Shown one piece after another: positions 40,501 through 51,826 of a DNA stretch of 64,000 bases. The translations under genes and the position numbers were made by a program. The notes beneath the pieces were generated by a model. The model worked only from the letters and a program-made list of their open reading frames with translations. It made no database searches and had not been told where the DNA came from. Every line of letters begins with the position of its first letter. Position 1 is the first letter of the stretch. The stretch is from Octopus sinensis. Lineage: Eukaryota. The DNA lies in NCBI RefSeq assembly GCF_006345805.1, contig NC_042997.1, positions 163,246,001 to 163,310,000 of the forward strand, read 5' to 3'.

Positions 40501-43500
40501 GTATTTGATAATGAATCTGATGTTTCATTTTCCGAAAGTGAAAACAGTGAATCCAAGAGCTCCGACAGCGATAAAGAAAATGAATTGGCACCTGAATGGA
40601 GTGAAAATTTAAAAACTGTTTCTTTCGGTGATTTTTCTGAAGAAACTGGACCAAGCCACAGACTTTCCCAGGAGAGTAAAGCCTTAGACTATTTCTTTTT
40701 ACTTTTTCGAATGAGCCTATTTGAAATCATTACGGCGGAAATGAACCGTTAAGCTAAATGTAAACAAAGTGAAAGAAAGGATAGTTAGTGGTTTCCCACA
40801 ACCTTAAATGAAATTAAGACTATTTTGCCATAAATATTATTATGGGTATCAGAAAGTTACCCAGAATAACAAATTCTATCATAAAATTTTGTTGTATACC
40901 CAATTGAATATTAGCTAATAACCCATTTTCTATAGCGATGTTTGAACAAAATTTTAATAATTTTATATTTTGTTGAATTTACTTGTATCTACCTGCAATT
41001 AGAGTCACTTTGTGACAAAAATTATAGTATAGAATTGGTTGAGAATATTTCATTAAATTATCTTCCAAAAATCAGATTAATATATTGATAAATAAAAAAG
41101 TTATAGTTGTTTAATGAAACCAGACTAAATTTATGATTGTTAGAAATTAATTGAAACACATAAGGGGTGTATTTTGGTCAGAAATAATAGTAACGAAAGG
41201 GTTAAAAGAGAAATGCAGGGAATGATGTTGAAGTTGCTGATCTAGTTAAACTTAGTTACTTATTGCAACAGTAAAGAATTTTGGTGCTGCTGAGTGGATG
41301 GGAAAAGTATGCAAGATTCAACCAGAATTACTTAGACAGTGTAAAATCTACAATGAAATATCTTTGCTGCTACTCTCATTAATTACATATAAAAACATCA
41401 GAATTTGATCCAAGATTTATTTCTAATAAGCATAAAGCCATTTTTTTTTTCATAAGTAAGGATTTACATTCCTTTCCAGTTGAATTAGAAAACTGTTCAA
41501 GATATATGAGGAAACCCTGTTTTATCCAGCATAGAAAGCTGAATATCAAAAGTATGATGATGAAACTAACCAAGTATATCTTCTTTTGTTTTATTCTACA
41601 ATAAAACAGATATAAACAGTTTTCTGGTGTATTCTCTCTTCACTAATTACACATCATGGGTGTTCTAATGTTTCCTCTCTACAAACAGACGTTGGTGTAC
41701 ATATGGACAGTCATCATTGCTATTCTAGCCCATCCTCTCCAGTAAGACCACCATCATTGCTGTTCTAGTCTATCCTCTCTCCACTAAGATAGCCATCATT
41801 GCTGTTTCAATTTATCCTCTCTTCAGTAAGACCACCATCATTGCTGTTTCAATTTATCCTCTCTTCAGTAAGACCACCATCATTGCTGTTCCAGTGTATC
41901 CTCTCCACAAGACAGTCATCAATGGTGTTGTAACAAATAAGTTATACTGAATTCATACCACACTTAATGTGTACAGTATTTTAAAAAATAACTTTGGCCT
42001 CTGTGATTATTGTTTTACTAAATGTTATATCAATTGTGCTTTTCAGGTGAAAAAATGTACTTTCTATGATGTGTTCTTAGACTTTATACTGCTGGATGCA
42101 TTTGATGATTTAGAGAATCCCCCGAAATCTGTGGTTGCTGTGGTCCAAAACCAGTGGTTATCTAATGGATTTAAAGAAACTGTAAGACTATTAATATATC
42201 ATGTTCATTACATCTTTTATTTATTCTTCATTAATTATTGCGTGTCATGTATGATGACAGACACACCACATAACCTGTTCCATAATTGGTGTCCTAAGTT
42301 TATTGGCAATTTCAGCACCAATGTTGTTCATAAGGATCTTGGCTAAGCTTGATGGATGCTTACAGCTCATCTGCTCATGGAACTGGTAAGCAACTCTGGA
42401 TGTTGCTGACAGTGTTTGACAGATTACATCTATCCTCTCTTGCTGTCTTGTTAGTCAGCTGGAAGAGGTCACCATACAATTGCTCATGGGTCATTTTCTG
42501 TATTTAGCTGATGTAGAAGTCCATTCAGAACATCTAAATGTAGCAGCTATCAGTGGACTTTACCACACACTTAGGATCTCCTTTCTTTTTGATGATGGAG
42601 AATTTTACATAAATAGAGTTAATAAAATTGTAGCTTATTTAGTTGATTTTATAATTTATTCTAAAAATGACCTAAGAATATGAATAATCAAATAACTGTG
42701 AATTAGTATATTTAAAAATTTTTTTCTGATGTATACACTATATTGCTTTTAGCTTATATAAGTATTGTTTTATTGCTTAATTATGTATATTGGAAGGTGA
42801 GAAGTTAGTAGAATCGTTAGTATACTGGGTAAAATGCTTAGCAGCATTTCATCCATCTTAACATTCTGAGTTCAACTTTGCCTTTCATCCTTTTGTGGTC
42901 AACAAATTAAGTACCAGTGAAACACAGGTTAATTTACTCAACTTATCCCCTCCCCCAAAATTTCTAACCTTGTGCCAAAATTTGAAATCAGTTATGTAAA
43001 TGAGTTTATTTCATTTAGTATAAAGAACAATATTTTTCAATGTTTGATAGCTTATTTAAAGCATTATGTCAGATTGCTGTTACTTATTTGAGGGCAAATA
43101 GATCTTTATTTATTGGAATTGAATATCTGTTTTACAAAATGAAATTAGTCATAGCAGTTTTGTTTGTTAAGCTTCCCCAGGTCACGTCTGATTGAGTAGA
43201 TCTGTGATCAAATGTGTTCCTGTTGTGATTATTCCATTGTTTTATACATCTAGGGCTACATTATCTAATGGAGTTTTTTTTTTTTCGTTATCATTTTCAA
43301 CTCTTACTGTGAAATCAGATATATCCACTCAAAATTTCATTATTCATAAATGGAGATTGTAGCTGTGACACCAGTGCCGGTGGCACGTAAGAGAACCATC
43401 AGAACGTGGCCGTTGCCAGCGCCGCCCCGACTGGCCTCGTGCCGGTGGCACGTAAAAAGCACCCATTACACTCACGAAGTGGTTGGCGTTAGGAAGGGCA

Positions 43501-46500
43501 TCCAGCCGTAGAAACATTGCCAGATCAGACTGGGCCTGGTGCAGCCTTCTGGCTTCCCAGACCCCAGTTGAACCGTCCAACCCATGCTAGCATGGAAAGC
43601 GGATGCTAAACGATGATGATGTGGAATGCAGTTATGAGTAATTTATCTTTTGTTGAGGATTGTCACGTTTGAAACTATTTTTTGTCAAGATATGTCAAGT
43701 TTACTGGACCAACATCATCGTCATCATTATTTAACATCTGTTTTCCATGCTGGCCATGAGTTAGATAGTTTGACTGGAACTAGTAAGCCGGAGAGCTGCA
43801 CCATGTTCCAGCCTGATTTTAACTTGGTTTCTATGGCTGGATGCCCATCCTAATGCCAACCATTCCGAGAGTGTAGTGGGTGCCTTTTACATGTCACTGG
43901 CATAGATGCATTCATGTGTTACTGGCACATATGCTATTACGTTTGCAGTAAATACTTATTCTAGTTTTCAGTAAATATTTTACATTATTGCTGGAATAAT
44001 CACAAAACTTAATTCCGCAGTTAAAGGGTTAAAAATGGTAAGGTTTGAGGAAATTTGGCTGCTATTTCTAGTAGGTTGAGTCACTGAAAAGAGACTCCTC
44101 ATGTGTAGTATTAGCAATTTTTAGTTGTTTCTTCAGCAAGTTTTAAACCAAATATTTAAATCTTGTTCTGCTGAATTTATTCAACCCTGGTTGGTGTAAA
44201 TTTAACTATTAGAATGTTAAGACATTTAAAAGCTTTTGCATATTATTTAAAAATCCCTATGTACAGCAATGTGATGCTGCTCTAATTTGTTTCACTAACA
44301 AGAAAGAATTGAAGAAATCAGTTCACTATCTCAACAACGAGGTATTAATTACTATTTTACTAATAAAAAAATTGCTGTCTGTTAATTGAGAATGGCATAT
44401 TCTGAATATTGTATTTTTTTCTTCAATATTATTTTATAATCTGTTGTGTCTGGCGGGGGGGAGTCATTTTCTTTTTGTGCCTTATAACACACTCACCGGT
44501 AAAATTTCCGCTTTTTTCTTATTTTTATTTTCCTAAAATTTTCGTTGCATCTTGCAACCTTTTCAATAGTCAAAACTATTGAAAAGGTTGCAAGACACAG
44601 TGGAAATTTTACTGGTGAGTGTGCTATATTATAAGGCACAAAGAGAAAATGACTCTCCCCAGACACAACAGAATATGCTTCAACACACGAACTCGTATAA
44701 AGAATCTTGCAAACCAAATCCAAAATCGAAATATTATTTTGACTTCTCATCCTTTGTAATGTATTTGCTGTTTTCCAGGCACTGTCTACAGCTGTGTGGT
44801 CAGTTTTGAAAGCTAAAAGAAGAATGCTCAAGGTAAATAAACCGAGATGTTTCATCTGTAACTATCTAAGACAGTTTACATCTTTTTTCTGTGCCATTAG
44901 TCAGAACATTATTACATTTTAAATTGTTTAGTGATTAAAATGTCAGTAGCTTGATAAAGTGTTACAAATCTATACAATGTATTTTCTTTGCTTATTTTTA
45001 CCCAGTTAAAACAAAAAAAAAACCCTCTTAGTTTGAATTACAAAATTTAAAAAAAAAATCTTCAATATCAGCAAAGGAAACTGCATTATAATGTTCTTTT
45101 ATTTGCTGAGTGTATAAGAAAGGTCTGTGCTCATAATCTTCGCAGGCTGTCTGAGACCAATGACATTGGTACCATTAATGTTCTATGAAGAATTTAAAAA
45201 CACTGTCAAATAAAATGTTTTCAAATTATGTAAATCTAACATTATTACATACTGACTATTTATTGAATAGATTACTAAGATTTTTTTTTAAGGATATTTT
45301 TCAGATTATAAACGTTTCTTTTTCAGTTCCCACATGGTTTTATATCTTACTTTTATTCCATCTCTGAACTAATTACTCCAGTTCTTGTATGGGGTTTGCT
45401 TGGCCCACAATCCAATTTAAAAACTATTTGCTGTGCATTTAAGGTAAGTCAATAACTATATCTACTTAACCTCAATAAGTAAAAACATCATCTTCATTGT
45501 TTAATGTCCACTTTTCATGCTGGCATGGGTTGGACGGTTTGACAAGAGCTGACCAGATCCAATTGTCTGTTCTGGCATGATTTCTATGGCTGAATGCCCT
45601 TCTTAACACCAACCACTTTCCAGAGTGTGCCAGGTACTTTTACATGGCACCAGCACTTGCAAGCCAAAAATCCTCTTGGCTGAGAGAGGGAGTTGGGGCA
45701 TGGCCATAAAGGACATGTCTGTATGTATTGACGGCCATGATTTTACTTAGCTTTACATGTCTTCTCAAGTACAGCAAATTGCCAGAAGTCTCAGTCACTT
45801 GTTATCTCTTCAGTAAGACCAAATTAGTCTACTGGTCCATAGACTTGTTATAGGCAGGTTACTGTCAGAATCTGGATGGTTCTCCTGTCAGTTTTGATAA
45901 TAAGGATTGAATTGTTTGACCAACTCATTGAATTGGCTGTGGCCGAGCATTCCACACACATGTACTCTTAATTCTCAGACCCAGTCAGCATAACACTGTG
46001 AAACTGTATTTTGGAATTACAAGTATGATCCATCTGAAGGTTTTTATGCAGTTTCCATCCACAAAGGTATGGGGTCAACTGGAGTCTGTAGAAAATGACA
46101 TTTGCACAAGATGTCATGCATTGGAGTCGAACCCAAGACCTGGTGATCGCAAAGTGAACTTCTAAAAAACATTTGGACACAAAAAAACCCAGTGATTGGC
46201 TTATTGGAAACTTAACCAACAATGCTGTCTTTCACAAAATGCAATAAATTAATAACAAAAAAATTCTGTTGTGTCTGGGTAGAGTCATTTTCTTTTTGTG
46301 CCTTACAATATAACACACTCACCGGTAAAATTTCCACTTATTTCATATTTTTATCCTCCTAAAATTTTCAAGACTATTGAAAAGGTTGCAAGACGCAACG
46401 AAAATTTTAGGAGAATAAAAATATGAAATAAGTGGAAATTTTACCGGTGAGTGTGTTACATTGTAAGGCACAAAAAGAAAATTACTCTCCCCAGACACAA

Positions 46501-47054
46501 CAGAATATGCTTCAACACACGAACTCATATAAAGAATCTTGCAAACCAAATCCAAAAACAAAAAAATTAATAAAATACAGTATTATCATTATTTAGTATC
46601 TGTTTTCCATGCTGGTATGAGTTTGACTGGAAGTGGTAAGCCAGAGAGCTGCACCAGGCTCCAGTCCGTTTTGGCTTGGTTTATACAACCAGATGCCTTT
46701 CCTAACACCAATCACTCTGCAGAGTGTACCGGGTGCCTTTTACATGTCACCAGCCCAAGTATCAGATTTTTTTTTTAAATACTGAGAATGATATTTTACA
46801 AAGAATATGCTGAGAAAGGTATATTATAGTTTGATTTTCTGATAAAATTATTATACTTTATATTTTGAAACTATTAGTTTGATGGGTTTCTTTTTTTATC
46901 TTTACAGGATATAGTGTATAACTTCATCAAAGACATCTTCAGCTTCGAAAAAGTACGATTCACTACGCAAGAGGACATGGGAAGTGACTTGTTACGTATT
47001 GTGAAAGAATATGTCAGTATTGCTGAAAATAAGCTATGTTCTGCAAATGTATAG
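26940..47054 (+). CDS. MIGA: Mitoguardin (MIGA/FAM73) homolog, 12 coding exons, 517 aa
   Basis: join(26940-27171,31789-31959,33847-33947,35692-35916,36718-36830,37115-37187,38821-38907,39384-39482,42047-42181,44779-44832,45327-45443,46908-47054) = 1554 nt, all GT-AG, frame open to TAG. Motifs WEDAL, EFLAKLHCLR, FYDVFLDFILLDAFDDLENPP, ALSTAVWSVLKAKRRML and GFIS.FY.ISE..PVL.WG are characteristic of mitoguardins. Confidence 0.93.
27640..28090 (-). mobile_element. SINE family D, full-length antisense copy; its tail is also present at 27205-27310
   Basis: Reverse complement of the 16125-type element with an internal (TA)n. Confidence 0.8.
28651..29045 (-). mobile_element. Family C repeat with an internal tandem array of gtgccatttacatggcacc units
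   Basis: catcatcatc tail; about 6 degenerate repeated units at 28840-29045. Confidence 0.7.
29575..29717. repeat. Compound tandem repeat [TCATCATCATAAA(TA)n] x about 4
   Basis: Seen directly, abutting the 5' junction of the RTE. Confidence 0.85.
29718..31653 (+). mobile_element. 5'-truncated RTE (BovB-like) LINE, near-intact RT, in the MIGA intron after coding exon 1
   Basis: KAPGKDGIPSEIIK, NYRGISLLS, PESQCGFRR.RST.DMIF, KQGCVLAPTLF, LFADD, LRWLGHV-type motif, C-terminal CSTC..CLSRIGLHSH; 3' end ccattgtctcccgagacagaaaggatgcca; 1-nt deletions near 30436 and 31509. Confidence 0.92.
31789..31959 (+). CDS. MIGA: MIGA coding exon 2 (Ser-rich)
   Basis: tttaacag|AT GTT GCC TGG...CAG TTA G|gtaagt. 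Confidence 0.85.
33847..33947 (+). CDS. MIGA: MIGA coding exon 3 (GLENLDMAISHWEDAL...)
   Basis: ttttacag|GG CTT...ATT CCG|gtatgt. Confidence 0.9.
34680..35005 (+). mobile_element. Family C repeat with several GTGCCGGTGGCAC modules
   Basis: Ends in gatgatgat. Confidence 0.75.
35140..35445 (+). mobile_element. SINE family B copy
   Basis: Homologous to 7390-7700. Confidence 0.7.
35692..35916 (+). CDS. MIGA: MIGA coding exon 4 (ends in FFAT-like EDQESFVSATD)
   Basis: aatttag|GAC ACA...ACT GAC|gtgagt; 75 codons. Confidence 0.9.
36100..36548 (+). mobile_element. Long family C repeat with about 4 palindromic modules
   Basis: Repeated gtgc(c/t)ggtggcac; (GAT)n tail. Confidence 0.75.
36718..36830 (+). 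CDS. MIGA: MIGA coding exon 5
   Basis: ttgcag|ATG GCT GAC...ATT CG|gtaagt. Confidence 0.9.
37115..37187 (+). CDS. MIGA: MIGA coding exon 6 (THMVGCLKDAEFLAKLHCLREGFN)
   Basis: tttacag|A ACG...TTT AAT|gtaagt. Confidence 0.92.
37315..37730 (+). mobile_element. SINE family D copy with an internal (TG)n
   Basis: Homologous to 16125-16500. Confidence 0.7.
37801..38032 (+). mobile_element. SINE family A with a 17-bp TSD
   Basis: AGAAAAAGTAACCAAAA at 37784-37800 and 38033-38049. Confidence 0.88.
38100..38400 (-). mobile_element. CR1-like 3' fragment
   Basis: Homologous to 48900-49200. Confidence 0.6.
38821..38907 (+). CDS. MIGA: MIGA coding exon 7
   Basis: ttttcag|ATT GTT...GAT AGG|gttagt. Confidence 0.9.
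39384..39482 (+). CDS. MIGA: MIGA coding exon 8
   Basis: ttacag|GAT ACT...AAA GGA|gtgagt. Confidence 0.9.
40160..41201 (+). mobile_element. Internally deleted piggyBac transposon
   Basis: TTAA TSDs at 40156-40159 and 41202-41205; 12-bp TIR CCCTTTCGTTAC; acidic N-terminal ORF 40396-40752 continuing DYFFLLF...ITAEMNR*A...WFPTTLNEIK...IIMGIRKLP. Confidence 0.88.
41707..41918. repeat. Minisatellite, about 41-bp unit x about 5
   Basis: Repeated aagaccaccatcattgctgtttcaatttatcctctcttcagt. Confidence 0.85.
42047..42181 (+). CDS. MIGA: MIGA coding exon 9 (FYDVFLDFILLDAFDDLENPP)
   Basis: tttcag|GTG AAA...GAA ACT|gtaaga. Confidence 0.93.
43360..43620 (+). mobile_element. Family C repeat, young (CpGs retained)
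   Basis: Ends aaacgatgatgat. Confidence 0.8.
43712..43930 (-). mobile_element. Family C repeat, antisense, tail-to-tail with the previous copy
   Basis: Starts catcatcgtcatcat. Confidence 0.75.
44440..44725. mobile_element. Long palindromic MITE-like element, copy 1
   Basis: Arms 44440-44570 and 44575-44672, plus a 50-bp unique tail. Confidence 0.8.
44779..44832 (+). CDS. MIGA: MIGA coding exon 10 (ALSTAVWSVLKAKRRMLK)
   Basis: ttttccag|GCA...AAG|gtaaat. Confidence 0.92.
45327..45443 (+). CDS. MIGA: MIGA coding exon 11 (FPHGFISYFYSISELITPVLVWGLLGP...)
   Basis: ttttcag|TTC CCA...TTT AAG|gtaagt. Confidence 0.92.
46264..46557. mobile_element. Long palindromic MITE-like element, copy 2
   Basis: Arms 46264 to about 46370 and about 46374-46505, plus the same tail. 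Confidence 0.8.
46908..47054 (+). CDS. MIGA: MIGA terminal coding exon 12
   Basis: tttacag|GAT ATA GTG...AAT GTA TAG. Confidence 0.9.
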   Translation, partial: DIVYNFIKDIFSFEKVRFTTQEDMGSDLLRIVKEYVSIAENKLCSANV

Positions 47055-48651
47055 CTTCTGTTCATTTTAATAATGAACAGCCAATTCCACATATATAAAA
47101 GTATACTCATCTCTTGGTTGACCAGTGAGAGTTACATATATGTGTATATATATTTATATATATACGTACATACAGTTTCTGTGTGCGTAAGACAGCATTC
47201 CTTTCAACAAAATTCAGGTTTGGTACAACACTACTGGAAGTCACTTTTGACCAAACTGAATTAGAACTATTTTTTATGAAGAGATTGTTTTGTTGAGAAA
47301 CAGAATCTTGGTGATTTTAAACTTAACCAGACTATTACTCTATAACCAGGTTATTTCTCTTTTTTTTTTTTTTAATTTCTCTACCACGTTTTAAATTAAG
47401 ATTTTCTTCGTTTTGTTGGCAGTGTCTTATTTATTTCTGTGTTACCTTAGACTCTAAATGATCTTAATATGATATTCTAGAATAGTATTTTTATGCATGA
47501 TCACTTTCAAATTAGTTACATCAATGACACTAGACCTAATATTATACAGTCTTAGTCAAAATATTTTGTTTGCCTAGGTGAAACACAGTAGGTATCGTAA
47601 GAAAGGGACGTTTTCTTACACTTTCTATAACAATTAAAATGTGAACTTTTGAAGAATTATCCAACTAGCATGCAGACGGATGAAAAATATTAAGATTTCA
47701 CTTCAATTCAATCTGTGGAGAGAGGAAAAAGTCTAAATTTTAAAGGTATTTCTTATATTTACCTTTTCAGCAACATTGTATCCTGGTTTAAGTTTTATTA
47801 TTCATGAGAATCGGTGAATAATTTTTTTTTTATTCTTGGAAAGCTAAATAATTTGCTAGTCTTTTAAAAGAGAGGTAGCTGATTAGACTTGTGATTCCAT
47901 TGAAGAATATTTACAATTTTTTTTTTTTTTTTTAAGATAGTGTTTTATTATAAGCAGAGTATATTATTCTGCTGGAGAAAATTAAAGAGTTTGATCTTTT
48001 AGTTGAATCTATTTGATTGTGATCAACTGTGATATCACAAGACAAAATCTGGAAGAAAAATTTAGTAGGAAAGGCAAAATTTCAATATGTTCATTGGATA
48101 CAGAGAAAGTAATTTTAAGCTTTCTAGTTTTTCTGATAAAATATATAACCAAAGAAATTTCTTCATTTCATAGGACATTTTTAAAACACCTTTACCTTGC
48201 TTTAAGAATGTGGTAAATGGAGAAAAGATCACATTTTGATTTACAAATGTAAAAATTTAGTCCTCAATTTTTTTTTTTCAAATCTTAAGTACAGATATGT
48301 CATTTCACTTGAAATCGAAGAACATCTTATGTAAAGCCCTCCTATTTTGTGATAAACATAGAATGTTTAAGATGCTTGACATTTATCTGTTCGATTGTAC
48401 ATACATTATTTCAGATGCAAAGTTTTAATTTATTTATAACACTTGTTAACTGGAAACTTTTTGTCTGTCTTTGACATTTTAAAAATATTCCCTCTCCTCT
48501 TCAACATTCAGTCTTTAGGATTGAAATAAACAGGCTCCCTCAAGTAGTTTCCTCTTCATTTGACATTATGATCAGGAAAACAATCTGTCAAACTCAGGAA
48601 TATATGTATTAAATATATTTCATGATAATCTTTAAGCAAATTTCCTGAAGA

Positions 48652-48725
48652 AATAAAAATTTAAAAACAAAGGGTCCATGTACTAATAGGAGGATTATTG
48701 TCCATCTTTTAAGATGGCAAATAAA
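48652..48725 (+). terminator. Candidate MIGA polyadenylation signals (AATAAA at 48652 and 48720)
   Basis: End of a repeat-free AT-rich stretch 47055-48740 that resembles a 3'UTR. Confidence 0.4.
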
Positions 48726-48739
48726 ATACATTTATAATA

Positions 48740-50210
48740 ATAAAATAATGATAACAATAATAATGAAATTATTGTGTATGGTGCTTGTCTGCACAACTCA
48801 TTAAAGGTGCATGTACAGTACATAGAATTATGTACAAAAGTTAAGAAAGTGAACAGTGTATGAGTCACGATATACATGTGTGCATGCGTATGGAGGCGGG
48901 GGATATGAAGTGTAGTGTTGGTGAATTTCAGGAAGCATGGAGGTTTTAAAGGATGCTATATCTCAGCAGATAACAACTGATGCAGGTAGTTTATTCCATG
49001 CTTCAGCAACTCCGAGTATGAAAAAATGTTTCCAAAAGTCATGGGAGCTGTGCTGTTTTCTGACTTTGTAGGTACACCCACGTGTGTTAGACACATGGAG
49101 CTCAAGGTAGTTGTTGGTATGATGGTTAATAATTTTGTGGGTGTTACCAAGTCAGTTACCAAATGTTGGAGCTTCAATGTATCCATGCCCAAGGAAGCAA
49201 GGCATTCAGAGTATGGTAGATGCCGGATGGGGGTATTTGCTTGGTTGCATGTGTCTGAACAGTTTTCAGGTCAATGTCCTGAGCAAGATAGGGGTTCCAG
49301 ACTGATGATGCAAATTCCAAGTGTGGTTACACCATGGCTATATATAACCTTAAATCAGCCTTTTTGACAATTTTAGAGATGTGCTTTGTCCAGTGCCAAT
49401 TACTGCTGACAGTAATGCCCAGGTCATGTTCACAAGAAAACTTCTTGATATTAGTGTTATGGAGAGAGTATGTGAACGCTGGGATTTTCCTTCCAAAATG
49501 TATGGTGGTACACTTGTCCACAGCCAGCATGAGTTGCCAGTCTGTGATCTATTGTTGCATTGTGTTCAGGTTCGATTGTAAGAAAGATCTACAATATTTA
49601 GGATTTGTCCTTTTTATCTGGAAGGAGCATATGGAGGGAATTATTTGAACGAGGAAAATAAATGGGATCAGAGGGTGGAAGTTGCTGTGGTGAAGGGGCA
49701 GTGGAGCAGGTTAGTTGGGAAGTAGTTGAGGCAATAAAGAAAATGAAAACAGGAAAGGCAGCTGGTCCATCAGAAGTGTGGAAATAACTGCAAATGGAGA
49801 GATAGGGATTGTTGTGATGATGGATCTCTGCCAGGGTGTGCTGGATGGAAGAGGAATGCTTTCAAGGGGAAGGGGGATGCAATGAGTTGTGGGGTGTATA
49901 GGAGAGTGAAGTTATTGGAGCATGCAATGAAGATAGTGGAAAGAGTGTTGGAGAAGAGAATTTGGAAAGTGGTGGATGAGATGCAATTTGGTTTTGTGCC
50001 AGAAAGGGATGATGATCTCAAGGTACAAATTGATGTCATTAATGTATGCAACAAACAAAAGGGGGACCAAGAACAGATCCCTGCAGTAGACCAGATGACA
50101 GAGTAAAGAATGCTGTCCTAGAACCACAACTTCATCTTTTTGGTTGAGAGTGAAGGACTCCAACCAGTTAAAAAGATCATCTTTCACTCCCACTACAGAA
50201 AGTTTTGTTA
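48740..50210 (-). mobile_element. Decayed CR1-like LINE (RT to tail), interrupted by an RTE fragment
   Basis: LFNWLESF...LLFVAYINDI (50010-50190); LQSNLNTMQQ*ITDWQLMLAVDKCTTIHFG...DLGITVSSN (49330-49600); (ATT)n tail. Confidence 0.75.
49610..50007 (+). mobile_element. RTE RT fragment nested in the CR1
   Basis: EAIKKMKTGKAAGPS...KGKGDAMSCGVYRRVKLLEHAMKIVERVLEKRI..VDEMQFGFVP. Confidence 0.8.
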
Positions 50211-51826
50211 CAGAAATCTAATTTTTTAAAAGATTTTACTTTAAGAACTTGATCTGAATTTATTTACAAAGCACAGTTGATTTCTGCAGGAGAATAATCA
50301 TTAACAAAGAGCTAATTTTTGATGATTGATTTGACATCTTTATTACTGGTATTTATTATTTTCATTGATCTCAGCAGAGATGAAATGTAGTTTAGGTTTG
50401 TGCAAGGATATGGAACAGTCTATGCTCTCTCTTCTTAAACAGCGGTTCTATGCAAAGAAATAGCCATTTATACCTACCATTCCTTAACTTCTAGGCCTTT
50501 GATAGGGTACCACACTGAATAAACTAGTAGTAGATAAATGGCTAATGAGAGCTTTGCAAGCCACATATAAGGTTGCCATCAGAAAAATCACAATCAGCTG
50601 TTAAAAGAGCTCAAGATTGGCCATTTGTGAGAATTCCAATAAATTCACAACCTAGTTCTCATAGTCAAATCAGTTGAATTTGAGGGAAAGTCCCAGAGGT
50701 GAAGTAATGGCAGGAAACAAAACAGAACTGTGCTACAAATCACCATGCTTGATATGCAGAAACTGAATAAACAACTGTATACTAGTTACTAATGCAAAAG
50801 GTAATGAGGAATCAGACAGGTTGATAGATAAGGATTTCTGATAGATGCACAGGAATAGTTAGCAGTAAGAAAACCAAAGAAATATAGTCTCTCAGCTACT
50901 ACTTAAGAGGTATGCTGGAAACATGACAGCTTGTTACCCAATCAGTTGTGTGGAAGCATAGTAGCTAGATAAGGACAGGGAGAGAAAAGTTCTGAGATCC
51001 TATCTTGGTAATAGAAAGGTTTTTGCATTGAATGAAGGGCAGGACTGTGAAAGAGGGAGAAGTGAGGTTAGATCTAATGATTTTGAGCCTCACAAACGAG
51101 ATGAAAAACAACAGCAAATTAAGAGATGGGGCTGGAACATTTCTATTCATCCTGTATTAGGATGGAAGAATGCATACAAAAATGACAATGACTAATGATT
51201 AGAACAATGTGTGTAAAAGTTAAGACAAATATGAGGATGCAAATGTGCAGGTACACCCTATTTTCCTCAGTATTGATCGTAACAACTCAGACTCAGTTGC
51301 CATTAACCCTTCATGACAAATTCTTCATTAGCTAAATAAACCTCCCCCTTGACACATCGTGGTGGCTCTTTACTATAAGTCCTTCAATTGGGAAACACAA
51401 CAGAAATAACTTTGCATTATCAGCACCGACAGCTCCTATAGTAGCAAAACCTTATATATTGGAGAAGCAAGCATGGCCTCTCAGCTCAAGTGAAGGCAAC
51501 CAGACAGTACAAGACAAGGTTCTGCCCTAATCAACACTGGAAAAATATTGGTTTCAAGTTTTAGCACAACGCCAGCAATTTCATGAGAGATCAATCCCAC
51601 TGCTCAACTGATACTTATTTTATCAACTCCAAAACAATGAAAGGCTAAGTTGACCTCAGCAGAATTTCAACTTAAAGATAGACAAAATGCTGTTAAGCAA
51701 TTTGACCAGCTTAAGCATTCTGCCAGCTCACTGCCCTAAACCAGTGCATTCAGCTTGATATGGCTATAAATACAATGGAGAAATATCCGTGTAAATGCTA
51801 GCAAAAGCAACCTATTTAGGTAGTAA

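Noticed and set aside
40396-40752. Acidic 118-aa ORF as a novel nested gene
   Set aside because: It lies inside piggyBac TIRs; it is a transposase N-terminus followed by a stop and frameshift
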